From an uncultured Methanosarcinaceae archaeon (lineage in GTDB: Archaea > Halobacteriota > Methanosarcinia > Methanosarcinales > Methanosarcinaceae): DNA of 64,000 bases. The stretch is taken from positions 576,001-640,000 of the forward strand of contig CAVTET010000001.1 in the NCBI GenBank assembly GCA_963733675.1, read 5' to 3'. A program made the translations under genes and the position numbers. This document shows, in pieces, positions 24,331 to 36,452 of this stretch; positions within the stretch are counted from its first letter, which is position 1, and every line of letters begins with the position of its first letter. The notes beneath the pieces were generated by a model. It saw only the letters and a list, made by a program, of their open reading frames with translations, searched no databases and had not been told where the DNA came from.

Positions 24331-25188
24331 TAGTGTGAGCTATCTTTAATATCAAAGAATTATAAACTAGAAGAGGAACAATGAGATCAAATATCGAAAT
24401 TAGCTGGAAAGATTTGGACAGGATTCTCATGAAGAAAAAAAATAAGAAGTTAATCTGAATCCTCTATGGAGGATTTCTCTAAACTTAAATTTTTGGCTTT
24501 TTATCTATAAAGCTCATATAAGCAATTTTTTGAATCGGAGTTTAATCGAGATTATCTTGAATTTATCTGTAAAATTCACAGAAAAATATTCCAAAAAACT
24601 TTATTGAATCAGTCACAAGATTCAGACATTGGTTATAAATATTTATATATAGTAATATAACTAAAGATAATCTGCTAAGAATTGGATTAAAAATTTTGAT
24701 AAAAAGATAAAATTATAATTAATTGATAAGTTGACAATAAATTGCAATCTTCTCCTAAATATCAAATGATTAATAAGGGAACGCCTTAGTTTCTTCTATT
24801 CTTGAATATTATTTTATAGTTTATGACCGTCATTTCTATATTTTCCAATTAATATACTTCAAATAGATCGGTAAATGGTTCATGAAGGGGTTCTCGATGC
24901 AGAACTTTCAGATGGGTACGAAATAAAGCTCTTATAAGAATATTCTATATTTTCAGCAGATATTGCAGGAAAAATGGGAATTCACAGACTATGCATTACA
25001 AATAAATCTTGAATTGGGAAATACTAGGTCAGAATGGGTATCTGAGCATCGATTGAATTTTCAGTCACTTAATTAAGTTCCCAGCTCGGCTATTGGGACA
25101 TGTGTTAAAATGTAAAATTAAGAGATATACAATGAAGATTTCATCCTAAATTTTGCCAGTAGATGATCTCTTTTTCCTTTAAAATCTT

Positions 25189-25953
25189 TTAATCCAGAAC
25201 TATCTTCAAAAGTGGACATTTTGTTGTACAGCTACCTTTTTTTAGATAATATCTTTTGGCATGCTCCACCATCAGGGCGTGGTACTCCTGATAAATCACC
25301 GGATTATGAGGCAAGCTTTCTTCAAAAAGTGTTTTTATTTCATCATAATTTGCTTTTTCATCAACAAGTTTGAGGTTTGTTACTATTCTTCTTGTATAGG
25401 CATCAACAACAAAAAAAGGCTGTTTGAAAGCGTACAGTAGGATCGAATCTGCAGTTTCGGGTCCTATTCCTTTTAAAGAAAGCAGTTCTTCGCGTGTTGG
25501 GATTCTAGACTTCAGTTCCCGAAACCAGATGGCAAGGGTCTTGAGGCGTATAGCCTTCTGGTTGTAATAGCCTGCTGGTTTGATTGCTTTTTTTAAAGCT
25601 TCCATGTTAAGGGGTATAATGATTTCAGGGGAGAGGGCATCCAGATGGTTCAGGTTTAAAAGAGTTTTTTCAACCTGAATCCAACTTGTATTTTGAGTAA
25701 GCAAGGCTCCAGCTATAATCTCAAATCGTTGATCACCTGTTTGTGGATAAGTATAGTTCCCAGGATGATATCCCTGAGTATACCTTTTTTCTGAATGTAT
25801 CCCCCAGTTAGTTTCATGGAGGTCTATTAAAGGCCACCAGCCCTGAGGGCCGTATGAGTCAAATAGGTGATCATAGATCATTCTGATAATATGCTCGATA
25901 CCTGGTTTTTCGAAATAGGTATTGTGAATATATTTTGCCATTTCAATCCTCAC
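25189..25953 (-). CDS. HhH-GPD endonuclease III-like DNA repair protein
   Basis: GALLTQNTSW, LLSLKGIGPETADSILLYA, VVDAYTRR. Confidence 0.9.
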   Translation of the reverse strand: MRIEMAKYIHNTYFEKPGIEHIIRMIYDHLFDSYGPQGWWPLIDLHETNWGIHSEKRYTQGYHPGNYTYPQTGDQRFEIIAGALLTQNTSWIQVEKTLLNLNHLDALSPEIIIPLNMEALKKAIKPAGYYNQKAIRLKTLAIWFRELKSRIPTREELLSLKGIGPETADSILLYAFKQPFFVVDAYTRRIVTNLKLVDEKANYDEIKTLFEESLPHNPVIYQEYHALMVEHAKRYYLKKGSCTTKCPLLKIVLD

Positions 25954-26204
25954 TGAAGTTTTGAGAAAATCTAAAATTTACCTCTCTGATTTGCAGAATT
26001 CCATGTAGCTACCTGAAAATGATGCTGTCTTTCTCAAATAGTGAGTATTCGCCTTCTATTTGTGGGAAACAGATATTTATACAAAAAATGTTTAATTATT
26101 TAAAATTATGATTGTAGAATCTAAAGCAATAAGGAGTTAAAACATTAAATATGAGATTAATGAGAAAATAAAATGGAATCGTAAAAAACTGATAAAGACC
26201 TATT

Positions 26205-26915
26205 ATGAATTGTAAAACCTTAGTTTTGCGTAGTTTCATTGATTGTGACTATAGCTGCTCAAGGATGTTTCTCACAACCAGATAGTTCATAAACAAATAG
26301 TTCACAAACAAATAGTTCATAACCAAAGAGTATAAATGATAACAATATCGAGGATATCAAGGATATCAAAGGTTTCTGGACGAAAAATCTGAAAGTCCCA
26401 GGTGGAGTGGATAAGAATTTTGGTTAATATTTCCACTAAACCTGATGGTTCAACCGCTGCCTCAATGAACAGTCTTGATCAGGGAGTAAGTGGCATACCT
26501 GTGGAAACAGTTACTTATAAAGATGGCAACTTAGCCTTGAAGTAAAATCCATCATGGATATTTTTGAAGGGACAATTAAAGAAGGCTGTAAAACTATCGA
26601 AGGGAAAATGGAAACAGGCCGGGTCAATTTTTCTGCTCGTGTTTAACCGCATTGATAAATAACCTAATCTACGAGAGAGCAAGATCCTGTAAAACCTGAT
26701 CCCTATGCTGAAGAAGAAGTTGTTTATGGAAATAAAGAAACAGGTGTCAAGCTGGTAGGTACTTTAACTTTTCCAAGATCAGAAGGGCCGTTTCAGTTTT
26801 ATTGCTCATAACCGGTTCTGGCCAGCAAAACCGTGATGAAGAGATCTTAGGTCCCCCTCTATTCCTTTTACTTTCGGATGATCTGACACGGTGGGGGTAT
26901 TGCTGTGCTCGGGTC
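26205..26915 (+). pseudogene. Alpha/beta-hydrolase lipoprotein remnant, with a 15-bp tandem repeat at about 26282-26326
   Basis: PYAEEEVVYGNKETGVKLVGTLTFP, ITGSGQQNRDEEI fragments. Confidence 0.65.
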
Positions 26916-26916
26916 T

Positions 26917-27290
26917 AGAAAAATTAGGTAGATTTGTTCAATTTTTGACCTATAAAGCAAAACTTGTAGGTAAAAGTGTAATAAAGAATTGACGAAAAAC
27001 ACATAACTAAAAAATGTTGTTATTGTGGGAAATTTCGTGATATGCCTTCTTGGAAGAGCGTTATGGTTTATGATTGCTGGAACAATATTGGTGGGGATCG
27101 AAATGGTTCTATCAATATTATGTTACGTTTCCTATTGCAAAATGCCTTGTAGACAGGCTATCAAAAATTTGTTGATAATCTTCGACAATATAGAATTTCC
27201 ACTGAATCTCAAATTTGATAACAGATGAAGGAATTCCTCGAAGGAAGCCCCTTCCTCGGAGGGTATAAACTTACAGGGAGGAGTCGTTCA
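26917..27290 (+). mobile_element. tnpB: IS605-family tnpB 3' remnant with right-end region
   Basis: LGRFVQFLTYKAKLVG, TKKCCYCG, DRNGSINI fragments; ends ...gaagccccttcc...ggggaggagtcgttca. Confidence 0.65.
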
Positions 27291-27299
27291 TTTCATCGA

Positions 27300-27550
27300 T
27301 AAGGTACTAGCTTATTGAAGCTTCAGTAAGCAAATCTATCTTTACGCCAATAAAATCTAACTGTTCCCTCTCAATCCTGATAATGGTTAGCAGACTTTTC
27401 GTTTTGGAAAATGCTATAAGAATATCTATATCACTATCAGCTTTTCTTCTCCTCTTCATAAGAGCCAAAAATTGCTACTTTGTTTTTCCTTCTTTTTCAA
27501 GGAATTAAGATCTTTTTTCAAACAATTCTTTGTGCTGGGAAACATTCTCC
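27300..27550 (-). pseudogene. Minimal nucleotidyltransferase (MNT) remnant
   Basis: FGSY..GEEKADSDIDIL and KIDLLTEASIS fragments. Confidence 0.6.
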
Positions 27551-27829
27551 ATATTGGTGTAATTTCATTTGTTATACTTTAAATGTATCCTGATTTAAAA
27601 AGCAGAAAAAGGATGGAGATGTATGACTCAAAAAGAAAAGTACTATGATGGCGGTCAAATGGTCCAAAATAGGTAAATGTACGCATATTATGTATAAGAA
27701 CATATACATAAAAAAACTATATCTGTCTATTTGATAATAATTATGTGGATGAATACTTTTATAACCATATTTAAAGATCAGTATAGCTAATGTTTAATCA
27801 AATATTATTCTAAAAAACGGAGATAATAA

Positions 27830-28921
27830 ATGCCAAATAAAATTAAGTTGTACTCAATGGTCCTAGTGTCAACAGCTATGATTTTAATGCTGGGGAGTAT
27901 AGCATATTCGGCTCCATTTACAGATATTTCGACGTGCAACAACACTGATGATGTAATTGATACCGTAGTCAACACTGTTGCAACCACGGTGAATGTAGGA
28001 AACGATCTTTGGAAAGTTGCCATCACTTCAGATGGGTCAAAAGTATATGTGACGACCGACGGCAACAAAAATGTATCTGTGATTGACACTACCAAAGACA
28101 CAGTTACAGCCATGTTAAATGCAGGAAACTATCCTATTGAATTTGCGCTCAGCCCAAGTGGAACAAGAGTATATTCAGCGAACAGATTAGACAAAAATGT
28201 ATCTGTAATTAACACAGGGAATAATAATGTTGTAGGCACAGTAGATTTAGGAGTGAATCCTTATGCTCTCGGGCAGTTTATAGGGAAATTAGTTCCTACG
28301 ATTTATTGGAATAATCCTGCTAATATAACCTACGGAACAGCATTGAACAAAACTCAACTAGATGCATATGTTTCAATAAATGGAAATTTTATATACACTC
28401 CACCCAATGGCACTGTATTGGGTGCAGGTCAGCAACAGATATTAAGTATCACTTTCACACCAAATGATACTGTCAACTATACTCAAACATATGCAACTGC
28501 TTTGATCAATGTAGCACAAGCGGCTCCAATAATTACCTGGAGTAATCCTGATGACATATTCTATGGGATACCAGTAAGCAGTGTTCAGCTAGATGCAAAT
28601 TCTTCAGTAAATGGAACATTTAGTTATAATCCTCCCTTAGGGACCGTATTGAGTGACGGTAATCAAACATTGCATGTTAATTTCATACCTGATGATGCTA
28701 TGAATTATACTACAGCATCAGCGAGTGTTACAATCAATGTACTGACCCCTGTGCAGAAAATTTATCAAATGATTACTTTTGTAGAAGGTTTAGTTACTTC
28801 AGATGAATTGAATCGTCAATCTGGCGTTGAATTGATCTATGAACTACATGATACAATTGGAGATCTGATTCAGAGGTATACAAATTTAGCGATTATTGAA
28901 ATTAAAAATTTTATTTACTAG
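27830..28921 (+). CDS. Cell-surface protein: YVTN-type beta-propeller repeats plus two Ig-like repeats; possibly degenerate
   Basis: Signal peptide, DGSKVYVT / VSVID repeats, duplicated ITWSNP..I.YG..L...QLDA. Confidence 0.8.
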   Translation: MPNKIKLYSMVLVSTAMILMLGSIAYSAPFTDISTCNNTDDVIDTVVNTVATTVNVGNDLWKVAITSDGSKVYVTTDGNKNVSVIDTTKDTVTAMLNAGNYPIEFALSPSGTRVYSANRLDKNVSVINTGNNNVVGTVDLGVNPYALGQFIGKLVPTIYWNNPANITYGTALNKTQLDAYVSINGNFIYTPPNGTVLGAGQQQILSITFTPNDTVNYTQTYATALINVAQAAPIITWSNPDDIFYGIPVSSVQLDANSSVNGTFSYNPPLGTVLSDGNQTLHVNFIPDDAMNYTTASASVTINVLTPVQKIYQMITFVEGLVTSDELNRQSGVELIYELHDTIGDLIQRYTNLAIIEIKNFIY

Positions 28922-29840
28922 ATATAAACTGAATCAATTTTGGGGTGCTTTCGCCAACAAAAAGCTAGGGGAAAGATAATCACTATGCTGAGATGTAATT
29001 TTGTTATAAATGGGGTTTTACACAAAAACTATGTATTTCTTTCGGTTTTTTTTCACATTAAATCAGCAATGTACCGAAAGTTCTGTAAAATCTGATTGAC
29101 TCTGTATCCTTTTTCTTTCAGCATAATAAAGGTGAGAAGTCAATTGTTAATATCAAAAAAGATCCGTCATGCGAGACATCTGCTGCATGGGCAATCTGCA
29201 AAAAGGAAATGTGTAATCATTACCCCAAGCGAAGAATATGAGTAAATGAAAATATTTGATTTTGAATAATTCCTTTATATTTAGAGCGCCATACACTTTG
29301 ATTTTGAAAAATGGAATATTTGTCGTCAGCTTTTCTTAAATATAAGTTCCGTATTTATTATTCTCTTTGTTTTATATTCATTGAATAATAATATATGGTT
29401 GATACAACTTGAAATCACTTTTCATTGGCATATCTAGCTTATTCCAAAATTGAGTGATTTTTAAATTTTTTGATTGAAAATCTGAACTCATAAAAAGAAT
29501 TCAGCCTCCGATCAAAATTAACATTCGATATTTAGAAGTCTCAATCCAGAAGTATAATTCGAGTGTTGGAGCAAATTTCAAAACCGAGTGATTTTAATTT
29601 TACGTCAATCACTAAATTTTGGTGCTGAGCAGGTATGTATATGAAATTAGAGAAGATTTTAATAAACTTCTGATTTTTCACTAGTTGTATGTAAACCAGT
29701 TATACACATGTGATAAAATTCGGTAGGTTATTGAAATTTCAGAACTTACACATTTAACAGCCCTTTTTTTGCTGTTCAACTACGTAAGTCCTAAGCCGAT
29801 TTACATTGTATCAAATTGAATAAAGTGGGAGTGTAAACAA

Positions 29841-30182
29841 ATGTTGAAACTTGGAATGAAAAAGGTACTCACAGTTTTGCTGTCAGTCCTTTTTGTAGTA
29901 TCGTTGACTGCAGCGGCAGCAAGTGCACATGATGGTAATCGTGGTAATCGTGGTCACGGTGGCTTTGGTGACGGCTTTGGCTTTGGCGGCTATGGTATGG
30001 GCTGCGGCGGCTGTGGCGGCTTTGGCGGCTGTGGCGGCTTTGGCGGCTGTGGCGGCTTTGGCGGCTGTGGAGGATATGGAATGGGTTATGGAGGATATGG
30101 AATAGGTTGTGGATATCCTTGTGGACTTGGCATGAACTATCCTTTCTACCCTTACTACCCCCCAATTAATATTATACTCTAA
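29841..30182 (+). CDS. Secreted Gly/Cys/aromatic-rich small protein with (GGCGGF)n repeats
   Basis: Signal peptide ending ASA; 18-bp tandem repeat ggcggctgtggcggcttt at about 30006-30070. Confidence 0.8.
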   Translation: MLKLGMKKVLTVLLSVLFVVSLTAAAASAHDGNRGNRGHGGFGDGFGFGGYGMGCGGCGGFGGCGGFGGCGGFGGCGGYGMGYGGYGIGCGYPCGLGMNYPFYPYYPPINIIL

Positions 30183-30944
30183 TTAATATATATTAGGGAA
30201 AATTCCGATATATATTTGCTTTAAACAACCAGCATAAATTATGATTTATCGGAATTTTCTATAGTTTTTTTGTTGCTTTATAACTCATTTTTGCTCTATA
30301 AATTGTTTTTATTGTTATTGCTAAGCCTTTTGCGATATCTGTACTGACATTATGTTTTGTAAGTCATCTATGTGAATATCACGAACATCAAAGGAAACAT
30401 TTATAGATATTTTTGTTTGATTTTTTTTATGGGTGTTATTGGCGATGAAATTTTCTATAGATTATTGGTAATAAGGTGGTGGTTTATGTGTTTGATGCCT
30501 ATTTTTTAAATAAAGAAAATCAGAGAAATATTTTTATAAAAATTGTGATATGACTAATTTAAAGTAAAGTAAAAACATTGCTGACTTCAGCTAAAACTGA
30601 TAAAAGAGGTGGATTTGTTATATAAAACTTGTGCATAGACAAAAATTGAAAAGTTCCTTTTCTGGTTGGATTAGATTTATAAGAGCCGTTTATTTGTGTT
30701 TTGCATTCGATTCGATTTCTTTTTTATGATCTCGGTATCTTTTTTTCTTTAATTTGTTATTAGTTTCAGTGTTTTTTCGGTTTCTTCTTTTTCCCTTTTC
30801 TCCCGTCCATCAGTAAAAACAGTGTCATCAGATGTTTTGTCAGTAATACTATTGGCTCTGCATCCTACTTTTTGCAGTGAAAGAAAAGGATAATGGAAAG
30901 GTCTTATTTTACAGAACTTCATCTACCCTGTTTCCACAAATCGG

Positions 30945-31259
30945 ATTTATTTCAGTCGAATACCCCGCAGCTTGCTGCGGGGATGGAAAACTTCCCCGAT
31001 AACCGTTGTTAAATAATAAATTTATATTTTTTGCTACATTTGTACTGTAAATGTAACTAAGACGTGCAAACCATTGTGTATATAAAATAAGATCTCACAT
31101 GGTTTTTTTGTTTGAAGTACCGTAAAAATCTTTTTTTAGGGACAGAACTCATCAACTTTTTGAAAAACGTATGCTTTGAAATTAGTGAAAGATACTATTT
31201 TGAGTTTGATGCAATTGGTAGTGATGGTGACCATGTACATCTTTTTGTTGGAGCTGAAC
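30945..31259 (+). mobile_element. tnpA: IS200 element, left half (interrupted at att core)
   Basis: Near-identical to 9325-9634; similarity stops after GTTGGAGCTGAAC. Confidence 0.92.
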
Positions 31260-31284
31260 TAACATAAATAACTGTATTGTTTAT
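31247..31284. other. attL (core plus element arm)
   Basis: GTTGGAGCTGAAC-taacataaataactgtattgtttat; arm is an inverted repeat of the attR arm. Confidence 0.88.
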
Positions 31285-31309
31285 CTAGGATAAATTCTAT
31301 TAAGTTAGT

Positions 31310-32445
31310 ATGAGTAATTCGAAGATCTTAAATGATTACTTAAGGAAGTGCCAAGCAGATGGACTTACGGAAGAGACAATTGCAACTGCTGAATATACAC
31401 TTATAAAGTTCATATAATGGTGTGGAGATCGAGAATTAAAGGAGTTTACAACAGACGATGTTTACGATTATCTGGATTTTATAAATGCCTATACATACAT
31501 CAAAGCTGGTAAGGCCGTTAAATACTCACCTGGTACACAGCAACGAATTAGAACTGTTTTGAAAAAATTCTTGACCTTTATAAATCATGAACTAGGAGCC
31601 GTAATAAAGTTACGAACGCTAAAAAATGGGAAAATCCCCGAAGATATTTTGACTCGCGAAGAAATTGAAAAATTAATTGATTCATGTCGAAGTAACAGAG
31701 ATCGGGCTATAATTGCTACTTTTTATGAAAGCGGAGCTAGAAGGGGGGAATTACTAACAGTTCAACTTAAACATGTGACTTTTGACGAGAATGGGGCAAT
31801 CCTCAATATCCAAAAAGGGAAAACAGGAAGTCGACGCGTTAGGCTTGTATTAGCTTCATCTTACCTTAAACAGTGGATTGACACGCATCCATTAAAGAAT
31901 GATCTTGATGCTTACTTATTCTGTTCGACTAATTCTCCTTTTGGAGTTATCACATTTGTAGGACTTGCAGATCAACTACACAAAATAGCAAGTAGAGCAG
32001 CTATCCAGCCAAAAAGAGTTTATCACATGCTTTTAGACATGCCAGAGCAACCCACTTAGCCGAACAATTACCTGAACAACTTTTGAAAGAATATTTAGGC
32101 TGGACAAAATCAAGTAATATGGCGAGTATATATGTGCATATGTCAGGCCGAGATGTGGATAATGCTATACTTAAGTTGCATGGAATCGAGACTGGAGAAG
32201 CTACCAAAAAATTCATTGTTAATAAATGCCCACGTTGTAAGGAAATGAATCCAGAAAATGCTTTATTTTGTTTTAAATGTGGGCTGCCACTTACGCAGGA
32301 AACTGCAACAACAGTAGAATTCGTAAAAACCGATTATATGCAACTCGCAAATCTAGACGAAATTAGAGAAATGAAAAATACATTAAAACAGGAGCTAGAA
32401 GAAATCTCTAAGCTGAAAGAGATAATGCTTAAAGCTGGAAAATGA
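31310..32445 (+). pseudogene. Tyrosine integrase with C-terminal zinc ribbon; TAA at 31415 and frameshift near 32025
   Basis: ESGARRGE, KGKTG, reconstructed HAFRHARATHLA, LGW...YVH, CPRC/CFKC. Confidence 0.9.
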
Positions 32446-32475
32446 TTTATATATAATTTATAAGGAATTATAATT

Positions 32476-33666
32476 TTAAGGAGTCCTTACTTTTGCTATA
32501 CATTTTTCAAAGAAATTATTTAAAAAAACACCATAATCTTCTGATGAAGGCGACCTGTATTTATCCGGCTTCGCATCCATTATATTAAAAAATTTACTAT
32601 TTTCTTGCACGAATTCTTCTTCTTCGATGGAAATTGTTCCGTCTAGAATATCTCTCTGAAAGCAGTGGTCGAAAAGTAGCTCAATACCTATTATTTTTCT
32701 GTCGTGCTCAAAAGTTATTATTTGCAGTATTTCACGACACGTCTCTTTCCAATTTTTATCCACTAAGATTCTGTTAAATATCTCTTCCGACATTTTTTTT
32801 ACCAAATTAGCCTGGTCTACTAGCATTTCATTAGGTTTTTCTAGTAACTCTGTATGCATATCTTTAAGCACGTTCAGAGCTATTATTTTAGATGCCATTT
32901 TAAATGATATATTTGCTATCATTAATTTATAAAGTTCTTCAATTGATATTTTTCCATATTCTGTCGGCAATGACACTTCTACTATTTTCTGAAACGTTTC
33001 TTCTAACATCTCAATATCTGCGGATAATTTCAAAGATTTTTGACAAATCTTCGATTTCAGTGAATCGTTTATGCATTCATTATAAACATCCAGCCAAATA
33101 TTTGGGTTGGCTATAATCTTTTTCATGAATTTAACGTAAAGTTTATTAGTCGGATTTTTGACAGTTAATACGGATGTCCAGTAAGTAGCGCCTATGGATA
33201 ACCTACAAATTTCGTCAGCTTTGTTATATAAAGTTTCAACCTCGTTTTTTAAGCATATATCAAAAAAGGAAACCGATAAAAGCAACTGGATACTGTACTT
33301 CTTAGCAATAGTAGTATCTAGATTTAAACCGCGTTGTTTGCTGATTATATTTAACGATTTTTTATATATGTTTAATCGTATGTCAGGGAACTGAATTCTG
33401 ATATTTTTTAAATTTTCAATTCTTTTTATGTCCCACCTATTAGCTAATCCAGGCTTCGCTGGGATTTTTTCTATACACGAATAAGGGCGGTATTGCAAAT
33501 CTCTAAGATGCTTTTTTATGTTCCCTTGATCTTTTATCTCGTATTCTCTCGCCAGAAATTCTCTTATTTCTGGCTCTGGAACAGGTCCATCACTACTTAT
33601 AATAAATTCAAGTATTCCAGCTTTGGCCTCATTCCATTTGAGGTGATCTCCTTGACTTCTTCTCAT
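32476..33666 (-). CDS. Hypothetical protein with probable N-terminal winged-HTH (element regulator)
   Basis: ILEFII...EPEIREFL...IKKHLRDL; divergent from the AbrB-like gene. Confidence 0.6.
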   Translation of the reverse strand: MRRSQGDHLKWNEAKAGILEFIISSDGPVPEPEIREFLAREYEIKDQGNIKKHLRDLQYRPYSCIEKIPAKPGLANRWDIKRIENLKNIRIQFPDIRLNIYKKSLNIISKQRGLNLDTTIAKKYSIQLLLSVSFFDICLKNEVETLYNKADEICRLSIGATYWTSVLTVKNPTNKLYVKFMKKIIANPNIWLDVYNECINDSLKSKICQKSLKLSADIEMLEETFQKIVEVSLPTEYGKISIEELYKLMIANISFKMASKIIALNVLKDMHTELLEKPNEMLVDQANLVKKMSEEIFNRILVDKNWKETCREILQIITFEHDRKIIGIELLFDHCFQRDILDGTISIEEEEFVQENSKFFNIMDAKPDKYRSPSSEDYGVFLNNFFEKCIAKVRTP

Positions 33667-33810
33667 ATGCTATAAAATATGCTATATGGTATAATAAATC
33701 TATGTATTATTTCTTTATTGCAATTACTGCTCATTTTTTAATAAAAACCATATGGTATTATTATTCTAATATTTTTACGGTATGTTTAAATATTAAAATT
33801 AACATGTTGT

Positions 33811-33996
33811 TTGACGGTGATGAAAATCAATTTCAATTTCGGAAAAAGAAAAATTCAAAAAGTTAGGTATTCCTTCTTAATTCCTTTGCCTATTGATTGG
33901 GTCAACAGCATGAAACTTGGTAAAGGTAATTTGCTGGAAATTGAAATGCAAGAAGACTATAGTTTGAAGATAACCCCGGTTCCACAGGCCCGGTAA
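33811..33996 (+). CDS. AbrB/MazE-like DNA-binding protein
   Basis: RKIQKVRYSFLIPLPIDWVNSMKLGKG..LEIE. Confidence 0.75.
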   Translation: MTVMKINFNFGKRKIQKVRYSFLIPLPIDWVNSMKLGKGNLLEIEMQEDYSLKITPVPQAR

Positions 33997-34052
33997 GACT
34001 CTGAAGGAACCAGGAGCACAACACCAACCAACCAAAAGAAGGAGATGTCGGC

Positions 34053-34202
34053 ATGAATAATATGACACCAAAAGATATATCTTTTACCTCATGGGCGAAA
34101 CAAATCTGCATCAAACATACTGAAATTTTAGATCGCATGAGAAAAAGTACTGATCCACTGGGAAGGGCAATAGCAGTTAGAATTATAAAAACGCAGGAGT
34201 AA
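34053..34202 (+). CDS. 49-aa hypothetical protein (missed by ORF track)
   Basis: GGAGA RBS; MNNMTPKDISFTSWAKQICIKHTEILDRMRKSTDPLGRAIAVRIIKTQE. Confidence 0.6.
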   Translation: MNNMTPKDISFTSWAKQICIKHTEILDRMRKSTDPLGRAIAVRIIKTQE

Positions 34203-34716
34203 TTGAGCTTTAAAAAGAGAAATAGGGTATGTAGATTACCCTGGATCACACAAAGGGAAGGAAACTGATTGAAAAAGTCTTACAGTAGATAATATCATTT
34301 TACCTTATTTAATCCTTCTATGTGTGATTTTCTCTTCTTTTTGCTACTGCGGGAGTTGAAAATATGTCATTCAACCCAGACGAGTTTTTCTGTAAACGTT
34401 TGTATATTTTATTTAGTGTCCGGATGAAAGGAAATAAAATCCAGCTCAATATAAATTATTATAATAAGTTTATTCTTTATAAAGCTTTCACTAAAGTAAA
34501 CTGGTTGCCGTCCTATATATGGATCACACGTTCTGCATTTTCAAAGCTCAGGTGGTTCTGAATGACTGCCCGAACCTTCATTAAACCTTGCAAGAAACAG
34601 TCTTCTTCTATCTGCAGTATAAAACTCTGCTCTGAATGTTGTGAAGCGCGGGAAAAGGAGAATTTTATGAGGGCTTTATTCATTTTAAGCCTAATTTTAC
34701 CCCAGGAAGTTTGACA

Positions 34717-36452
34717 ATGTCTTCGGATTCTATTTTCGCTCAAATGGATATTGTCAAAATAATTAGATCTTATGGGATTAACCTAATCCGAGAAGGTAAT
34801 ATGTATTACGGATCAATTCCACCTGTGGGGCAAACCGGTAAAAGTTTACATGTTTGGGCTAATGCAAATACCTGGTTTTGCAACAAAAACCATGTAGGTG
34901 GGGGTATTCTTGATTTTATTCAATATATAGAGAGAGGACTTACTAAACGGCAAGCACTTGAAAAAGCGGCAGAAATTTCAGGAGTTCAACTTGAGCCATT
35001 CTCTGATGAGCAAATTAATAAGCTTGAAGAAAAAGAAGATGTTTATAACACTCTTACTGCACCTGCAAATATCTACCACACAAATTTGACTAATGATCGG
35101 TACAGTTTCATTTTCAATCGATGGGGAATTACCAGAGAATCAGTGGATGATTGGAACTTGGGATATGCTTCCACTGAACGAAATCTTGAAGGCATGGATC
35201 CTAAAAACTTGATCAAAGCTGGCTTAGTGAATATTACTGATACTGGAAATATGGGGAGAATTCTATAGAGGTAGAATAATTTTTCCTTACCTTATCGATG
35301 GCACGATTCAATATATGGCAGGCAGAGTAACTCCTGATACTCCAGATCATGATAAAGGAGCGAAATACAAATATCTGCGAATTAAATCTGAAACAAAAAA
35401 TGAACAGATATCTGAATTTATCAACAAAAAGGGATTTTTTTGGGGAAGATCGAATAAAGAGTGCAGATTTCTGCTTTATTACTGAAGGACTTGCGGATTG
35501 TATTGTAGCCAATCAATTTGGCTTTCCTTGCCTAGCTTTAGGTTCTACGGGGATATCAAAAGAATGCCAGGAACATTTGATTCATTTACTAGGCGAAAAA
35601 AAATGTGTCTACCTATGCTTTGATAACGACGAAAACAAAGCAGGGCAGAAGGGAGCCATAACAATAGGACAAATTCTTTTCGATGCCTGTATTCAAATTA
35701 AAATTATTGATCTCCCTTCTGGATCAAAAAAAATGGATATTGCAGAATTTATGAAAGATAGAGAAGCTAAAGACTTTGAATTATTAAAAAAAGAGGCTTT
35801 TAGCTTCATAAAATATACATTAAACCTCTGTTCTGTATCTGACTCTTTGCCAGAAAATTACAAAACTGCTGAGTCTTTTGTGTGTGATAGACTTCTTAAT
35901 ATCCAAAATCTATATAGAGATGCCTATATTTCCGATGAGATAAAACAGCACTTCAATTTCCAAAATAAACAAAGAGATAACCTTATTAAGCAAGCTAATG
36001 GGTGGGTGCAAAATGGAAAAGAAAATAATAAAGTCGTAGAAGACGACAATGGAGTCGAAGAAATAGACCATCTTACGTTAGATTTGATTACATCCCTTGA
36101 AATTCAGAAAGAAACAGGATTGTTAGCTTGTGAAAAATGGGTTAGTAATAATAAGATCAGTATTGCAAAAGTCCCTCCAGAATTATTAGCCAAAAAGTTG
36201 GTGGGCCTAAGGGAAAAAAGATATAACTACAGCAATTTTATCCATTCAATTAAAGAAACGTTTCTGTTACAGTCGTATGAAATAGAAGAAATTTACCAGA
36301 AAATACTTGGAATTAATAAAGGGTATTATAACGAAAAAAAACGATTAAATAAAATCTTAATCCGGATTCAAAATTATTCTTCACATATAAGAGCGAAAGC
36401 TCAAGATTTATTAAAGTATGGGGACCCCCAAAATTTCATCTATCAAACTTTT
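34717..36452 (+). pseudogene. Bacterial-type DnaG primase (Zn-binding-like + Toprim), frameshifts near 35250 and 35430
   Basis: WFC...GGGILDFI, LGYA, EFYRGRIIFPY...YMAGR (alternate frame), ITEGLAD, LCFDNDENKAG, KMDIAEF. Confidence 0.85.

Noticed and set aside
26282-26326. 15-bp tandem repeats as a possible CRISPR array
   Set aside because: No spacers; they are linker repeats in a lipoprotein pseudogene. No CRISPR array or cas gene was seen in the window.
29869-30165. Ser/Arg/His-repeat and Ala/Val-repeat ORFs
   Set aside because: Alternate frames of the GGC-rich peptide gene
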